Below, one piece after another: positions 43,856 through 43,916 of a stretch of 43,916 nucleotides of DNA. Numbering within the stretch: position 1 is the first letter of the stretch; each line of letters starts with the position of its first letter. Both the position numbers and the translations under genes were made by a program. Under the pieces are notes generated by a model that worked only from the letters and a program-made list of their open reading frames with translations, had not been told where the DNA came from and searched no databases. Source of the stretch: a virus (Duplodnaviria > Caudoviricetes); the IMG/VR virus record IMGVR_UViG_3300014208_000068, positions 1-43,916 of that record. One strand, 5' to 3'.

Positions 43856-43916
43856 ATGCCCATCCTCCCCAGGATTGTGCAGGTGATGGTTGGCCCGGCG
43901 GGGCTTCCGGGGCTGA
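43856..43916 (+). CDS. Start of the next baseplate gene (truncated by window end)
   Basis: ATG CCC ATC CTC CCC AGG... is open to the end of the window. Confidence 0.5.
   Translation, partial: MPILPRIVQVMVGPAGLPGL

Larger units (their letters stand above)
1..43916. mobile_element. Tailed phage/prophage genome segment (contractile-tail type), partial
   Basis: Canonical order TerS-TerL-portal-MuF-protease-capsid-neck-sheath-tube-chaperone-TMP-baseplate on +; replication/recombination module on -. No host housekeeping genes seen. Confidence 0.97.

Overview
The window is most of a high-GC tailed-phage or prophage genome of myovirus type, with an HK97-fold head, a DUF3383-like sheath and a tail tube. 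It is truncated at both ends, and no integrase, repressor or lysis genes are visible. Two arms diverge from back-to-back sigma70-like promoters at 14702-14800. The left arm (minus strand) covers DNA metabolism: ParB-like protein, UvrD-like helicase, PD-(D/E)XK nuclease, AAA_24 ATPase, SSB-like protein, primase-helicase, a Cys-rich sigma-region-4 protein of a type I associate with myxobacteria, a MazG-like protein and an SNF2 helicase-DNA methyltransferase fusion. The right arm (plus strand) covers packaging and the virion: RusA-like nuclease, TerS, TerL, ParB-like protein plus radical SAM enzyme, portal, MuF with a C-terminal HExxH domain, protease, capsid, neck, GNAT, sheath, tube, frameshifted chaperones, tape measure and baseplate. 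The most notable observations are: (1) a ~215-nt, GNRA-tetraloop-rich, possibly double-pseudoknotted candidate ncRNA followed by a non-canonical tRNA-like element, both in the leader of the left operon where a repressor would normally sit; (2) single in-frame TAG codons inside two otherwise intact genes (methyltransferase and tape measure), each followed by a possible stem-loop; (3) a ParB/radical SAM pair next to the terminase; (4) a candidate MuF toxin-immunity pair; and (5) an opposite-strand array of small genes with repeated hairpin+RBS leaders. All family assignments come from motif recognition by eye; no searches were run.
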